Positions 19,481 to 29,456 of a DNA stretch of 64,000 nt are shown one piece after another. The DNA comes from Vulcanimicrobiota bacterium. GTDB lineage: Bacteria; Vulcanimicrobiota; Vulcanimicrobiia; Vulcanimicrobiales; Vulcanimicrobiaceae. The position numbers were made by a program, and so were the translations under genes. Within the stretch, counting starts at the first letter, position 1. Each line of letters opens with the position of its first letter. The DNA is taken from the NCBI GenBank assembly GCA_963714015.1, contig OY970223.1, positions 1,472,001-1,536,000 on the forward strand, given 5' to 3'. The notes beneath the pieces are model-generated. The model made no database searches. It had not been told where the DNA came from and saw only the letters and a program-made list of their open reading frames with translations.

Positions 19481-20677
19481 GTGAACGATTCTTCCGGCTG
19501 GAATCTGCGCGGACTGACGACGAGCGCAGCCGCTCACGGCGTGAGCGATCTTTATTCCGGGATGGTGCCGCTCATGATCTTCACGATTGTGAGCTTGCAC
19601 CATCTTTCGCCGCTCTATCAAGGCGCCGTTGGATTTCTTTGGTATTTGACGAGCTCTATCGTGCAGCCGCTTTTCGGCGCGTATGCCGATCGCGCCGGGC
19701 GGTGGTGGTTCCTGCCGGCGTCGGTGACGCTTACGGTCTGCGCCGTCTCGGCAATGGGGCTTTCGACCGGTTTAGCGATGCTCGCAGCGCTCGTGGCGAT
19801 CGGCGGGCTCGGTTCGGCCGTAATGCACCCCGAGGCAGGGAGATATGCGGCGCTCTTGAGCGGGAACCGAAAATCGGGCGGCATTTCCATATTCCAAATC
19901 GGCGGCGCCGTCGGGTATGCATTCGGTCCCCTGCTGATCGCTGCCGTGATTCAGCGTTATGGTCCCGCAGGATCCGTCCGAACCGCAGCGCCGGGCCTTG
20001 TGGCGGCGGCGGTGATTTGCGCGCTTACATTCGGCATCAAATCCGCCGCCCAGCGAGCCCAGCGCCTCCACGAATCGTCCCTGCAATCGCAACCGGCGCG
20101 AGTCGACACGTTCGGCGTAACGCTTCTGGTTGCCGGAACTGCGTTGCGGTATCTCGTCGCCGCTTCGTTCATGACGTTTCTCCCGAATCTGATCGTCGGA
20201 CGCGGCGGAAGCATTGCCGATGCCGGCGCGATGGTGACCGCTTTCTTGGGCGTCGGTGTTGCCGGTTTGTACGTTGGAGGCCGGCTCGGCGATCGCTTCG
20301 GCGCCGTGCCGATTGCGGTCTGGAGCCTTGCCGCGTCGGCCCCGGTACTGCTCGGGTTCTTTCTGCTCAGCGGCGTGGCGGCTACGGCGGCGCTGCTGCT
20401 CGGCAGTGTGCTGCTGACGGTCCAGAGCGCACCCAGCGTTGCGATCGTGCAAAAAATGCTGCCGCGCAACCTCGGCATGGCTCTCGGGTTGATGAACGGC
20501 GTTGCGTTCGGTGCCGGATCGGCATTGGTTACGGGCGTTGGTTTTGCGGTCAGCAAGATCGGTGCGTCGAATGCGCTTTTCGAGCTTAGCGTTATGCCGA
20601 TTCTCTGTGCTCTGGCTTACTGGCTTGCCGGCCGCCGGCTGCAATTGCGCTATCACAGGGAGCTTGCGCAGGCGTGA
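19481..20677 (+). CDS. MFS transporter (Fsr-like)
   Basis: HGVSDLY, QPLFGAYADR, GLGSAVMHPEA, GGRLGDRFG; multiple TM segments. Confidence 0.85.
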   Translation: MNDSSGWNLRGLTTSAAAHGVSDLYSGMVPLMIFTIVSLHHLSPLYQGAVGFLWYLTSSIVQPLFGAYADRAGRWWFLPASVTLTVCAVSAMGLSTGLAMLAALVAIGGLGSAVMHPEAGRYAALLSGNRKSGGISIFQIGGAVGYAFGPLLIAAVIQRYGPAGSVRTAAPGLVAAAVICALTFGIKSAAQRAQRLHESSLQSQPARVDTFGVTLLVAGTALRYLVAASFMTFLPNLIVGRGGSIADAGAMVTAFLGVGVAGLYVGGRLGDRFGAVPIAVWSLAASAPVLLGFFLLSGVAATAALLLGSVLLTVQSAPSVAIVQKMLPRNLGMALGLMNGVAFGAGSALVTGVGFAVSKIGASNALFELSVMPILCALAYWLAGRRLQLRYHRELAQA

Positions 20678-20683
20678 CCAAAC

Positions 20684-21766
20684 CTACGTGAGGGCCGCCA
20701 ACAGGGCGATCGCATCTTGATTGAGCGCTTGGCGTTCGATCTTCGGATGCGTTAAATAAAACAGCGCCATGGTGCGCAGTGCGAAGACGTGCGCCCGCGG
20801 CATCCCCAGCTCAGCGAAGCCGAGCCGCGCGCGTTGCGCAAACGTCCGGGCGCGGGCTGCGAATTCTTGGGGCGCTGCATATCGCGAAACCCAGTTCAGC
20901 TCGCCGTGCGCGCGGTCTTCGGCTTGGTCGATAAAAGAGTCGAGCAGCACGTGAAGTGCGCAGAACGACGGAAAGTACGCATCGTATGCCGGGCCGATCC
21001 GGTCGAAATCACTGCAGAACGCTTCATACAACGGCGCATAGACGTGAAATTGTGAGCCTGCGGCTGCCGCGAACTCCCACCAGGTGAGATCGTATTTCGT
21101 GCCGGCGCGGTCGTACCAAGCCACACACGCCGCTTCTCGTTCTCCCGAAGGCAGGTGACTGAACGTCTGGGTATCGGCGTAGAGCGCGGCGGCGCGACGA
21201 AAGTACGGCAGCAGCAGCTCATGCGGACCCAGCCGTTTTAGCGCGCGGCGCGTGAGCCGAACGAGCGAAGCGAGATAGTCGCCGTCATCGCCCGGCGGTC
21301 CGTACAAATAGTATTCGTGCAGCGGACGAGCGGGATCGAGCGCATCGGCAAGGGCTTCGTGCAACTGCCGGAATGCGCGAGGCGGTGTTTCCGGATGACG
21401 GTCGCACAGGGTGTCGAGAAAGTCGTAAACGGCTTCGAGCGGCGCGACGATTTCTATGTAGTGCTCGCGTGCGCCGCTCGGCAAGAACGTGGAGAGGATG
21501 CACGCGCCGGCGACGTGATAAGCTTTCGAACGCAGACTTGAAACTGCATGAGCCCGGAGCTGAGCGTCCGGTATCCGATCGGCCAGATGCTGCAGCCGCA
21601 CGAGCGCCGCGCGAGCGAGCGGCACGACGTGCACCAAAAATCTGCGAAGATCGAAGGCATCGTCCATTCCGCCGCGGAGCAGATACTGCAGCCGGGGCGG
21701 ACTGAGCAGCACTCGCCGGACGGCCCAGCCGATCTCGGCCGACAACGCCCCTGCCTCCCGGCTCAA
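20684..21766 (-). CDS. DUF2600 / YtpB-like (tetraprenyl-beta-curcumene synthase family) terpene cyclase
   Basis: SLRSKAYHVAG, YDFLDTLCDR, FRQLHEAL, DDGDYL, WWEFAAAAGS, LHVLLDSFIDQAED. Confidence 0.78.
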   Translation of the reverse strand: MSREAGALSAEIGWAVRRVLLSPPRLQYLLRGGMDDAFDLRRFLVHVVPLARAALVRLQHLADRIPDAQLRAHAVSSLRSKAYHVAGACILSTFLPSGAREHYIEIVAPLEAVYDFLDTLCDRHPETPPRAFRQLHEALADALDPARPLHEYYLYGPPGDDGDYLASLVRLTRRALKRLGPHELLLPYFRRAAALYADTQTFSHLPSGEREAACVAWYDRAGTKYDLTWWEFAAAAGSQFHVYAPLYEAFCSDFDRIGPAYDAYFPSFCALHVLLDSFIDQAEDRAHGELNWVSRYAAPQEFAARARTFAQRARLGFAELGMPRAHVFALRTMALFYLTHPKIERQALNQDAIALLAALT

Positions 21767-21767
21767 G

Positions 21768-22988
21768 CTAGATTCCGCCCACGAAGCGTCCCGGATTCAG
21801 TATGCGATTCGGATCGAATTGCGCTTTGAGCGCGCGCATCTTCTCAATGCTCTCGGGCGGCAGTCCCCACGGATCCAGGGCGGTTCGAATCGGCGCGTCG
21901 CCGCTCACGATCGCGCGGCGCGGCGCAACGGCGCGCAGGCCCTCGTCGGCCGACTCGATCTTTTCGGCAAACGCGCGCCTGTCGCGCTCGCTCAGCCGCA
22001 GATATACATCACCGTTCATGACGTCGAACAGCAAATCCGTGAACAGCTCATGACGATGCGCCGCATCCCGCAGGGCCGTGGCGCGTTCTTCTGCGGTTGC
22101 GGGATCTCCGAGCACGCGAAACGTCAACGAACGTTCGCCGAGCGGTGCAATGCACGCGTCGAGGCAACTCTGAAACCGTTCTAATGCGCCCGAGTCGACC
22201 ACGGTCGTCCGGGGAACCCCGGCTCGGCCGAGCGAAGAGCGCGCCTCCAACGTTGCGCGGTCGACGAGCGATTGCGAGCCCTCGAGCAAGATGAAAATGC
22301 GGCCGTCTACGTCGTCTTCACCGCTTACCGTCTTGCGGAACCCTTCCAGGCAGAACGTTGCCGCCGGCGTCACGTTCATTGCGGCTATTTGCGCAATCGC
22401 GCGCGTTCGCGAACCTTCGGGAAGCGGCGCTATGAGCGCGCGGCGGCACTGCGGCAACGGCAGCGTTTTGAAGTTTACGCGCGTCAGTACGCCAAGTGTC
22501 CCGAAGGATCCCGCGTAGAGCTTGCTCATGTCGTATCCCGTAACGTTTTTGACGACCATGCCGCCTGCATTTGCAACTGTTCCGTCGGCAAGCACGACTT
22601 GAGTGCCGATCAACAGATCGCGCGCGCGCCCGTACAGATGACGCCGCGCGCCGAGCCATCCGGCGGCTATCGTGCCCCCTACCGTAGCATCGTTGCGCAG
22701 CGGCGCATCCAGCGGAACGAACTGACCGTGCGCCTCAAGATGGGCCTCGAACGCGGCTACGCGCATCCCCGCTTGAACCGCGCACGTCAGATCGTGAAAT
22801 TCGTGGACGATGAGCGCATCGAGTCGCAACGTCGACAAGCGCACCGCATCCCGCTCGAGCGCGGCTCCGGCGGCGTGCAGCGTGTCGCCGCCGCTCACGC
22901 TTACCGCTGTGCGTTCGCTATTGCACTCGGCGAGCGTTGCGGCAAGTTCCTCTACCGACTTCGGCGTCCGGCTTCTCGAGCGAATCAC
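21768..22988 (-). CDS. glcE: FAD-binding oxidoreductase, GlcE-like subunit
   Basis: ATVGGTIAAG, GGMVVKNVTGYDMSKLYAGSFGTLG, FDPNRILNPGRF; GTGA overlap with glcD. Confidence 0.8.
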   Translation of the reverse strand: MIRSRSRTPKSVEELAATLAECNSERTAVSVSGGDTLHAAGAALERDAVRLSTLRLDALIVHEFHDLTCAVQAGMRVAAFEAHLEAHGQFVPLDAPLRNDATVGGTIAAGWLGARRHLYGRARDLLIGTQVVLADGTVANAGGMVVKNVTGYDMSKLYAGSFGTLGVLTRVNFKTLPLPQCRRALIAPLPEGSRTRAIAQIAAMNVTPAATFCLEGFRKTVSGEDDVDGRIFILLEGSQSLVDRATLEARSSLGRAGVPRTTVVDSGALERFQSCLDACIAPLGERSLTFRVLGDPATAEERATALRDAAHRHELFTDLLFDVMNGDVYLRLSERDRRAFAEKIESADEGLRAVAPRRAIVSGDAPIRTALDPWGLPPESIEKMRALKAQFDPNRILNPGRFVGGI

Positions 22989-24379
22989 CGAACCTCGCCG
23001 CAGCCGGCCCCGGCGGGAAAGATCTTCTCGGGGTTGAGCAAGCGTTTGGGATCGAAAACTTCGCGTACGCGCGCCATCGCGGCGAGGTCTTGCGTGGTGA
23101 ACACGCGCGTGAGAGTTCCCCGCTTCTCGTAACCGATGCCGTGCTCGCCGCTGATCGTGCCGCCAAGGTCGACGGCCGATTGAAGGATGTCGTTTCCCGC
23201 GTCGATCACGGCGCCCACTTGCCGGCTGTCGCTGCGATCGTACATCAGCAGCGGATGGAGGTTGCCGTCGCCTGCATGAAAGACGTTGGCAACTTTTATC
23301 GACCGCGAAGCGCACGCCTCTTCGACTGCGCGAAGCGCTTGCGGCAGTTTGGTGCGCGGCACGACGACGTCTTGAATGTAGTAGTTGGGCGCAAATCGTC
23401 CAGTCGCTCCGAGCGCGCCTTTGCGTCCCGCCCACAACGCATCGCGCTCTTCCTGCGAACGCGCGGCGCGGCAAGAAGAGGCTCCGTGCTCTTTGAGCAG
23501 ACGCACGATGAGCGCTTCGTAGAGGTTGAGATCGTCCTCCAAGCCGGCGCTTTCGATAAGCAAAGCTGCTCCCGCATCTTTGGGATAGCCGCACGCGAAC
23601 GCCGCTTCCACGGCCTGCAGCGCGAGCCGGTCCAGCATCTCGAGCGCCGTCGGAACGATTCCCGCCCCGATGATCGCCGAGACAGCATTCGACGCGCTCT
23701 CGACGTCGGGAAAAGCGGCGAGCCACACGCGCACTGCTTCGGGCATGCGGAGCAAACGCACCCAGGCGGAACACGTCACGGCCAGCGTTCCTTCGCTGCC
23801 GACCAGCGGTCCGGTCAGATCGTATCCGCTCTCCTCGACCCACGTGTTCAGCACGTCGCCGCCGTCGTCGACGATCTCCAAACCGAGCACGTGGTTGACG
23901 GTCGTTCCGTAGGAGAGGCAATGCGGTCCGCCGGCGTTCGTGCCGATGTTGCCGCCGATCGTCGAAGCGCGCTGCGACGACGGATCGGGAGCATAAAAAA
24001 GGCCGGACGATGCCGTCTGACGCGAAAGGTCGAAATTTACCAGACCGGGCTGCACGCGCGCGCGGCGATTGCGCACGTCCAATTCCAGGACGCGGTTCAT
24101 GCGCGCGAACGAGAAAACGACTCCGCCGGTGACGGGAACCGCACCTCCGCACAAGCCGGTTCCGGCGCCGCGCGGTACGATAGGTTCGCCGCAGGCGCGC
24201 GCAATTTTAACCGCAGCAACCACCTCGCGCGTCGACGACGGCAGCACGACTGCAGCGGGCTGCCGCCCTTGCGAATATGCGTCGAAGGCGTAGACCTCCA
24301 GGTCCGCGTCGTCGGTTTTCACCGCATCGGCGCCGAGCGCATCGATCAGCCGCCGGCGAAGTTCCTCAAGCACTTGCAT
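22985..24379 (-). CDS. glcD: FAD-linked oxidase, GlcD-like subunit
   Basis: PRGAGTGLCGG, PDPSSQ, GSEGTL, HAGDGNLHP, SGEHGIG. Confidence 0.85.
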   Translation of the reverse strand: MQVLEELRRRLIDALGADAVKTDDADLEVYAFDAYSQGRQPAAVVLPSSTREVVAAVKIARACGEPIVPRGAGTGLCGGAVPVTGGVVFSFARMNRVLELDVRNRRARVQPGLVNFDLSRQTASSGLFYAPDPSSQRASTIGGNIGTNAGGPHCLSYGTTVNHVLGLEIVDDGGDVLNTWVEESGYDLTGPLVGSEGTLAVTCSAWVRLLRMPEAVRVWLAAFPDVESASNAVSAIIGAGIVPTALEMLDRLALQAVEAAFACGYPKDAGAALLIESAGLEDDLNLYEALIVRLLKEHGASSCRAARSQEERDALWAGRKGALGATGRFAPNYYIQDVVVPRTKLPQALRAVEEACASRSIKVANVFHAGDGNLHPLLMYDRSDSRQVGAVIDAGNDILQSAVDLGGTISGEHGIGYEKRGTLTRVFTTQDLAAMARVREVFDPKRLLNPEKIFPAGAGCGEVR

Positions 24380-24425
24380 TGATTTAGAAGGAACTGCAGC
24401 GCGTGCCTTTAAGGCCATCTTCGGC

Positions 24426-24953
24426 GTGTTTTTCTTTCAAAAAAAGAAGAAGCCCGAGCGGAGCAACCCCACGATCAAGCCGGTCGCTCCCGGGAGTCCC
24501 GCCCAAAAGAGAACGGCATTTCGGATGCCGGTCGAATTCGACGTCGTCTACACGCAGGACGGCCGTCGCGGGCGGCGCGGTGCCCGCGCCAATGATTTGA
24601 GCTCCGGCGGACTGCGGCTCTCCTGTGACGAGGATTTCGTCAAAGGAACGATCCTTACGCTCGAATTCAAATTGCCCGACGACTTCCTGGCAAACATGAC
24701 GATCGAAAAAGAAGTCTACGAGCAAAGCCCGTTCGGACTTCGGCCCGAGTCGATCAAGGTGCAGCCGCACGGATTCAACCCGATGAAGATTCAGGCCAAG
24801 GTTTTGGCGACGTTTTTCAATCTGGAGCGCAGGAAGTTTGCCCAGGGCATGGCGTTCGTGAACATCGACCTCAAGACGCAGGACGAGATCCAACGCTTCA
24901 TTCATCTATGGCAGCTTAACTACATCCGCACACGCCGCGGCGACTTGGGCTAA
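24426..24953 (+). CDS. PilZ-domain protein
   Basis: QKRTAFR (RxxxR) and DLSSGG (DxSxxG) c-di-GMP-binding motifs. Confidence 0.8.
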   Translation: MFFFQKKKKPERSNPTIKPVAPGSPAQKRTAFRMPVEFDVVYTQDGRRGRRGARANDLSSGGLRLSCDEDFVKGTILTLEFKLPDDFLANMTIEKEVYEQSPFGLRPESIKVQPHGFNPMKIQAKVLATFFNLERRKFAQGMAFVNIDLKTQDEIQRFIHLWQLNYIRTRRGDLG

Positions 24954-26174
24954 TACAACAAGTATTTGGCGCGAACCGTCATGAACCGCGCGAGCTCCGG
25001 CTCCCAGCGCGCTTCGACGTCGTCGGCTGATAGATCTGCGCGAAGCGCGTTGCCGAGCAGATCCGTTCCCCAATCCTTCGCGAGCGGCGCAGCTTCGATT
25101 TTGAGCGTGTGCGGCGAGACGTCGCGCACAGCCGCGAGAATCTCGACCGCCGTGCGGACCGCCGGAAAAACGGCTGGGTCGAAAACGTCGAGCTCGACGC
25201 CCGAGTACTGCGCCCCCTGTTCACCGCCGAACAGCGGCGACCAATACGACGGACGAAAATACACGCCCGGGATCTCGCGTTCGTTGAGCACGTCCCCAAG
25301 CCGGTACGGATCGAGGTTAACCGCGCCTGCGTATTTGAACGGCTTGGTCGTGCCGATTCCGCCGTTCAGACCGGCGTTGTCAATCAGACCGGTACACGGA
25401 TAGACGACGGTGGTGCTCCATTCGGGAATATTGGGAGAAGTCTGAACCCATTGCAGGCCTGTATCGGGCCAGAGCATCGAACGTTGCCATCCCTGCATCT
25501 TTACGACACGCAGCTTTGCGCCGATCCCGAAGTGCGCGTTGAACAGGTGAGCCAATTCGCCTACGGTCATGCCGTGCCGCATCGGTATCGGATACAATCC
25601 GATAAATGATTTGAACCTCGGATCCAGCACCGGCGCTTCCACCATTACCCCGCCGATCGGATTGGGGCGATCGAGTACCCAAATCTCTTTGTCGAATTCT
25701 TTCGCGGCTTGCATTGCGTACGCCATCGTAGAGACGAACGTGTACGGCCGCGCTCCGACGTCTTGGATGTCGAAGACGAGCGCGTCGAGGGCATGAAGCA
25801 TTTCAGCCGTGGGCCGGCGCTGCGGTCCATAAAGGCTGTAGACCGGCAACCCCGTGCGCGGATCGGTATAGGACGCAACGAAGGCGCCGGCGGGACGATC
25901 GCCGCGAAGGCCGTGCTCCGGCGAGTAGATTGCTTTGACGCAGACGTTGCGGTTTGCTTGAATCGCATCGACGATGCTGACCAGCTCCGATGTAACGCCG
26001 GTTTGGTTCGTGATGACGCCGATACAACCGCCGGAAAGATCGCGCCAGCCCGTCTTCAAAAAAACCTCGTCGCCTAGAACGATGTTCGCAGGGGGCAGCG
26101 TTGCAGCGCGGGCGTCGAGGCGAGGCACCGCATGCCGCAGCGCCGGCTAGGCCCAAAAAGGTTCTCCTAAACAA
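24950..26174 (-). CDS. namZ: Exo-beta-N-acetylmuramidase NamZ (DUF1343) with Tat-like signal; frameshift near 26128
   Basis: ITNQTG, SPEHGLRG, FDIQDVGAR, LDRPNP, RHGMTVGE, TSPN; the MFRRTFLG signal lies in an adjacent frame. Confidence 0.85.
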
Positions 26175-27003
26175 ACTCGGGCTCGGCGGTGACCGGGATG
26201 ATCTCCGCAGCCTGGGCGCGCCGGAAGAGTTCGCGTACCGCAGCGATCCCTTCCTCGCCGACGTCGTCGCTGAACTCGTTCACGTACGCCGCAATGTGCT
26301 TGCGCATTACCTCTTCACTCATTTCGGCTGCGTGCCGGCGCACGTACGGCATGACCGCGGCTTCGTTTTCGCGCGCGAAGGCCAGACTGCGGCGAATGGC
26401 ATCATCGATTTCGCCGGCTTCGCCGTCATCGAAATCGCGGCGGATGAGAATCGCGCCGAGCGGGATCGGCATGTTCGTCCGCGACTCCCACCATTCGCCG
26501 AGATCGGCGACCTGCACCAGGCCCTGATCTTGGTAGGTGAACCGCGATTCATGGATGATCAGCCCCGCATCGACCGTACCGCTCTTCACTGCGTCCAGGA
26601 CCATGTCGAAACGCATGGCAATCGTCTGCGGACGGATGCCCATTGCGAGGCGCAGGAGCATGAACGCAGTGGTCATCTCACCCGGGATCGCGACGATCTT
26701 CGAACGATACTCTTCGAGTTGGTTTCCGCTGCCCGGCTTGGCGACGAGCAAGGGGCCGCAGCCGCGACCGAGCGCGCCTCCCGATCGCAGGATGCGGTAA
26801 TCGTCCGTGAGCAGCGGAATGGCGCCGTAGCTGACCTTCGTGAGCTCGTAATCGCCTTTCAGCGCCGAGTTGTTCAGGTTCTCGACGTCCTCCAGCTGCA
26901 CGCGCACTTTAGGCACTTGTTCGAGCAAGTTGTTGGTGAGTGCCGCAAAGATAAACGTGTCGTTCGGACACGGAGAGTAAGCGAGCCTGAGCGTCTTATC
27001 CAC
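26167..27003 (-). CDS. mqnD: 1,4-dihydroxy-6-naphthoate synthase
   Basis: YSPCPNDTF, GGALGRGCGPL, IIHESRFTY, PIPLG, YVNEFS. Confidence 0.92.
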   Translation of the reverse strand: MDKTLRLAYSPCPNDTFIFAALTNNLLEQVPKVRVQLEDVENLNNSALKGDYELTKVSYGAIPLLTDDYRILRSGGALGRGCGPLLVAKPGSGNQLEEYRSKIVAIPGEMTTAFMLLRLAMGIRPQTIAMRFDMVLDAVKSGTVDAGLIIHESRFTYQDQGLVQVADLGEWWESRTNMPIPLGAILIRRDFDDGEAGEIDDAIRRSLAFARENEAAVMPYVRRHAAEMSEEVMRKHIAAYVNEFSDDVGEEGIAAVRELFRRAQAAEIIPVTAEPEFV

Positions 27004-27604
27004 TGCTGCTTCCACTGAGCGTGAGGAGCGCCGAGAGAACCTTTTGGACGCCTTGCACCCCCGACTCGAAATCCCAACGGCTCTCGCTGCGATCGCAGGC
27101 GATGTTCGAAATACCGCGCACTTCGATTGCGGGGATCGCCGCGACTTCGGCGGCACGCAGAACGGCAAACCCCTCCATGCTTTCGATTCCTACGCCGTGC
27201 TTTGCCAACCGGGCTGCGGTCGCGCCCGTAGCGGTAACGCGCGGAACGGTGATGCCGCGGACGCTGCGATACCCAAGTTCGACCAGACGATCGACCAAGG
27301 TCAGATCCGATCCGGCGCGATCGACGACCCGTGCACCGTCGGGGAGTTCGATCGGCGAGCCGCTTTCCAGGTCCAGTTCGAAGATTTCCTCACTTACGAC
27401 GACGCCTTCACCGATCTCGGCCATGCCTTCGAATGCGCCGGCGATGCCGGCACTAATTACCAAATCGTAGCGGCTCTGCGCCAGCGCGCGTGATACGGCT
27501 ACCGCGGCCTCAACGGGGCCGACTCCGGTCACGAGCATCTCGACGTGCTCCGGCGGCCGGAAGGTCCCGAGCTCTTTTCCGACCGCGCAGGCAATCAGTA
27601 TCAC
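26996..27604 (-). CDS. mqnB: Futalosine hydrolase
   Basis: TGVGPVEAA, SAGIAGAF, ESMEG, EVRGISN; adjacent to mqnD. Confidence 0.85.
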   Translation of the reverse strand: MILIACAVGKELGTFRPPEHVEMLVTGVGPVEAAVAVSRALAQSRYDLVISAGIAGAFEGMAEIGEGVVVSEEIFELDLESGSPIELPDGARVVDRAGSDLTLVDRLVELGYRSVRGITVPRVTATGATAARLAKHGVGIESMEGFAVLRAAEVAAIPAIEVRGISNIACDRSESRWDFESGVQGVQKVLSALLTLSGSSSG

Positions 27605-27617
27605 GAGGAACGCGTCA

Positions 27618-28193
27618 CTACGGCACGCCGATCAATTTGTGCGTTTGAAGCGAAAGACGGAACCGCGAAGGGTGGCTTTTGGCGTAATCGAGAGCGAGTT
27701 GAACGTTCGCAGCTTTGTTGCCTTCCGGTTGCAGCAGTACTGAGGGCTTCTCCGCAAAAAGATCGAGCCACTCCTCCGGGACGCGGCCGTCCACGATGAG
27801 CTTGACTTCGTTCGCTCGTTGAGCCATGCGCGCATCGACTCGTTCTTTGGGAGAGACGCAGAGCCAGACGTCAGGCGGAAGCTCGGTGAAGATGGTTCCA
27901 TTCGACTCGATGTGCACGCGCCGGCCGTCTTCGCGCAAAGCGTCGATCAATTGAAGCGTCTCGCGCTGTGCGAGCGGCTCGCCGCCGGTCAGAATAACCA
28001 TCGGGCAGTCGCCGCCGATCTCCCGGACGCGAGCGACGACGTCCGGTACGTTCGCAAAAAATTTGAGCGAATAATCGGTGTCGCAGAAATCGCACGCGAG
28101 ATTGCAACCGGCAAGGCGCACGAACACCGCCGGCGTTCCGGTGTACGCGCCTTCGCCTTGAATGCTGTAAAAAATCTCCGCGAGCTGCAGCAC
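27618..28193 (-). CDS. queE: 7-carboxy-7-deazaguanine synthase (radical SAM)
   Basis: EIFYSIQGEG, CNLACDFCDT, TGGEP, ESNGT, LSLQTHK. Confidence 0.93.
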   Translation of the reverse strand: MLQLAEIFYSIQGEGAYTGTPAVFVRLAGCNLACDFCDTDYSLKFFANVPDVVARVREIGGDCPMVILTGGEPLAQRETLQLIDALREDGRRVHIESNGTIFTELPPDVWLCVSPKERVDARMAQRANEVKLIVDGRVPEEWLDLFAEKPSVLLQPEGNKAANVQLALDYAKSHPSRFRLSLQTHKLIGVP

Positions 28194-28558
28194 TAGGCGA
28201 AGTCGCTCCGGCGCAGCGTGGCACACGACGTCGCCGTTTCCCAAAGCACCAGCTCCTCCAAACCGGGAAGCGCTTTGTCCAGACGCTGCCAGACCCATGT
28301 GACGATATTCTCGCACGTGGGATTCTCGAGCGCGTCGTTGAGCGAGGTGTGATCGAGCACGTCGATGACTTGCTCGTGGACGACGGCGCGCACGACGTCG
28401 AAGTCCTCGATCATGCCGGTTGCCGGTCCGGTGCTCTGCAGCGGTCCCCGAAGCGCCACTTCGAGCCGGTACGAATGGCCGTGGGGCCGGGCGCATTTGC
28501 CCAGATGGTAAGGGAGAACGTGCGCGGCCTCGAACCGGAAGTGCTTACGAATTTGCAC
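28193..28558 (-). CDS. queD: 6-carboxy-5,6,7,8-tetrahydropterin synthase
   Basis: FEAAH, CARPHGHSY, LDHTSLN, NPTCEN, LWET. Confidence 0.92.
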   Translation of the reverse strand: MQIRKHFRFEAAHVLPYHLGKCARPHGHSYRLEVALRGPLQSTGPATGMIEDFDVVRAVVHEQVIDVLDHTSLNDALENPTCENIVTWVWQRLDKALPGLEELVLWETATSCATLRRSDFA

Positions 28559-28586
28559 ACTGCCCGGGTTCGAGGTATGCCGTATC

Positions 28587-29456
28587 GTGAGCCTTCGCAT
28601 CAACCGAGCGGAGTTGGTCATTACCGCGGTTACAGCTGAGGCCGCGGCTCCGCGCTTGAACACCGGTTTGTACGAAGTCGGCGCCGATGGGCGGCCGTTC
28701 GTACTCCCCAGCGTGGGCGGCATTAATCCCAACGTCAGGGTTGGCGACCTCGCCTTCGGATTCGCCGCCGATCACATCGAGCCGGCAGTCAGCCTGCGCA
28801 ATCCGGACGATCGCTTGAACGCGGCATTCAATACGCTCGCGTGCATCGGGAACGAAGCGGTCGTGTTGACCGGCGATGCGAAAGGCGCTAAAGGCGTCGT
28901 TACCGGAAAGCACGGCGGCATCGAACACGTCATGGTCGATTTTCCGCCGGAGATCATGCGCAAGATGGCGATCGGCGATCGCGTGCAGGTATGGAGTTGC
29001 GGCTTGGGTTTGAGACTGCTGGAGACGCCTGACGTCGGCGCGTTCAATGCGGATCCGGATTTTCTCGAAGCTTGGGCGCCGGAAGTGCGGGCCGACGGAA
29101 CGCTCGCAGTGCGAGTTGCAAAAACCGTTCCCGCAGCCGTCATGGGATCCGGCCTTGGACGTTCGACGGTCGTGCGCGGCGACTACGACATTCAGACGTT
29201 CGACGACGAAATGGCCGAAAAATATGGGCTGCGCGAGCTTCGTCTGGGTGACGTCGTCGCGATTCTCGACGCGGATCATTCGTATGGAAGAATTTACCGG
29301 TCGGGAGCGGTCTCCGTCGGCGTCGTCGTCCACGGCCGATCTTTCGTCGCGGGTCACGGTCCGGGCGTAACGACTTTGCTGACCTCGCCGGAGGGTAGAA
29401 TTTACCCGGTGATCGACCAGACCGCAAACCTCGCCACAATACTGAAGCTCCGGTAA
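28587..29456 (+). CDS. DUF4438-family protein
   Basis: LPSVGGINPNVRVGD, ADHIEPAVS, ACIGN, TGKHGG, MGSGLG, GDYDI, AGHGPG. Confidence 0.75.
   Translation: MSLRINRAELVITAVTAEAAAPRLNTGLYEVGADGRPFVLPSVGGINPNVRVGDLAFGFAADHIEPAVSLRNPDDRLNAAFNTLACIGNEAVVLTGDAKGAKGVVTGKHGGIEHVMVDFPPEIMRKMAIGDRVQVWSCGLGLRLLETPDVGAFNADPDFLEAWAPEVRADGTLAVRVAKTVPAAVMGSGLGRSTVVRGDYDIQTFDDEMAEKYGLRELRLGDVVAILDADHSYGRIYRSGAVSVGVVVHGRSFVAGHGPGVTTLLTSPEGRIYPVIDQTANLATILKLR

Noticed and set aside
21768..24152. 794-aa ORF as a single fused protein
   Set aside because: The N-terminal half is an out-of-frame shadow of glcD; the real glcE-like gene starts at GTG 22988
27618..28558. queD/queE as part of a 7-deazaguanine DNA-modification (dpd) defence island
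   Set aside because: No dpdA/tgt-like, helicase or mobile genes nearby; the context is housekeeping (mqnB/mqnD/namZ)
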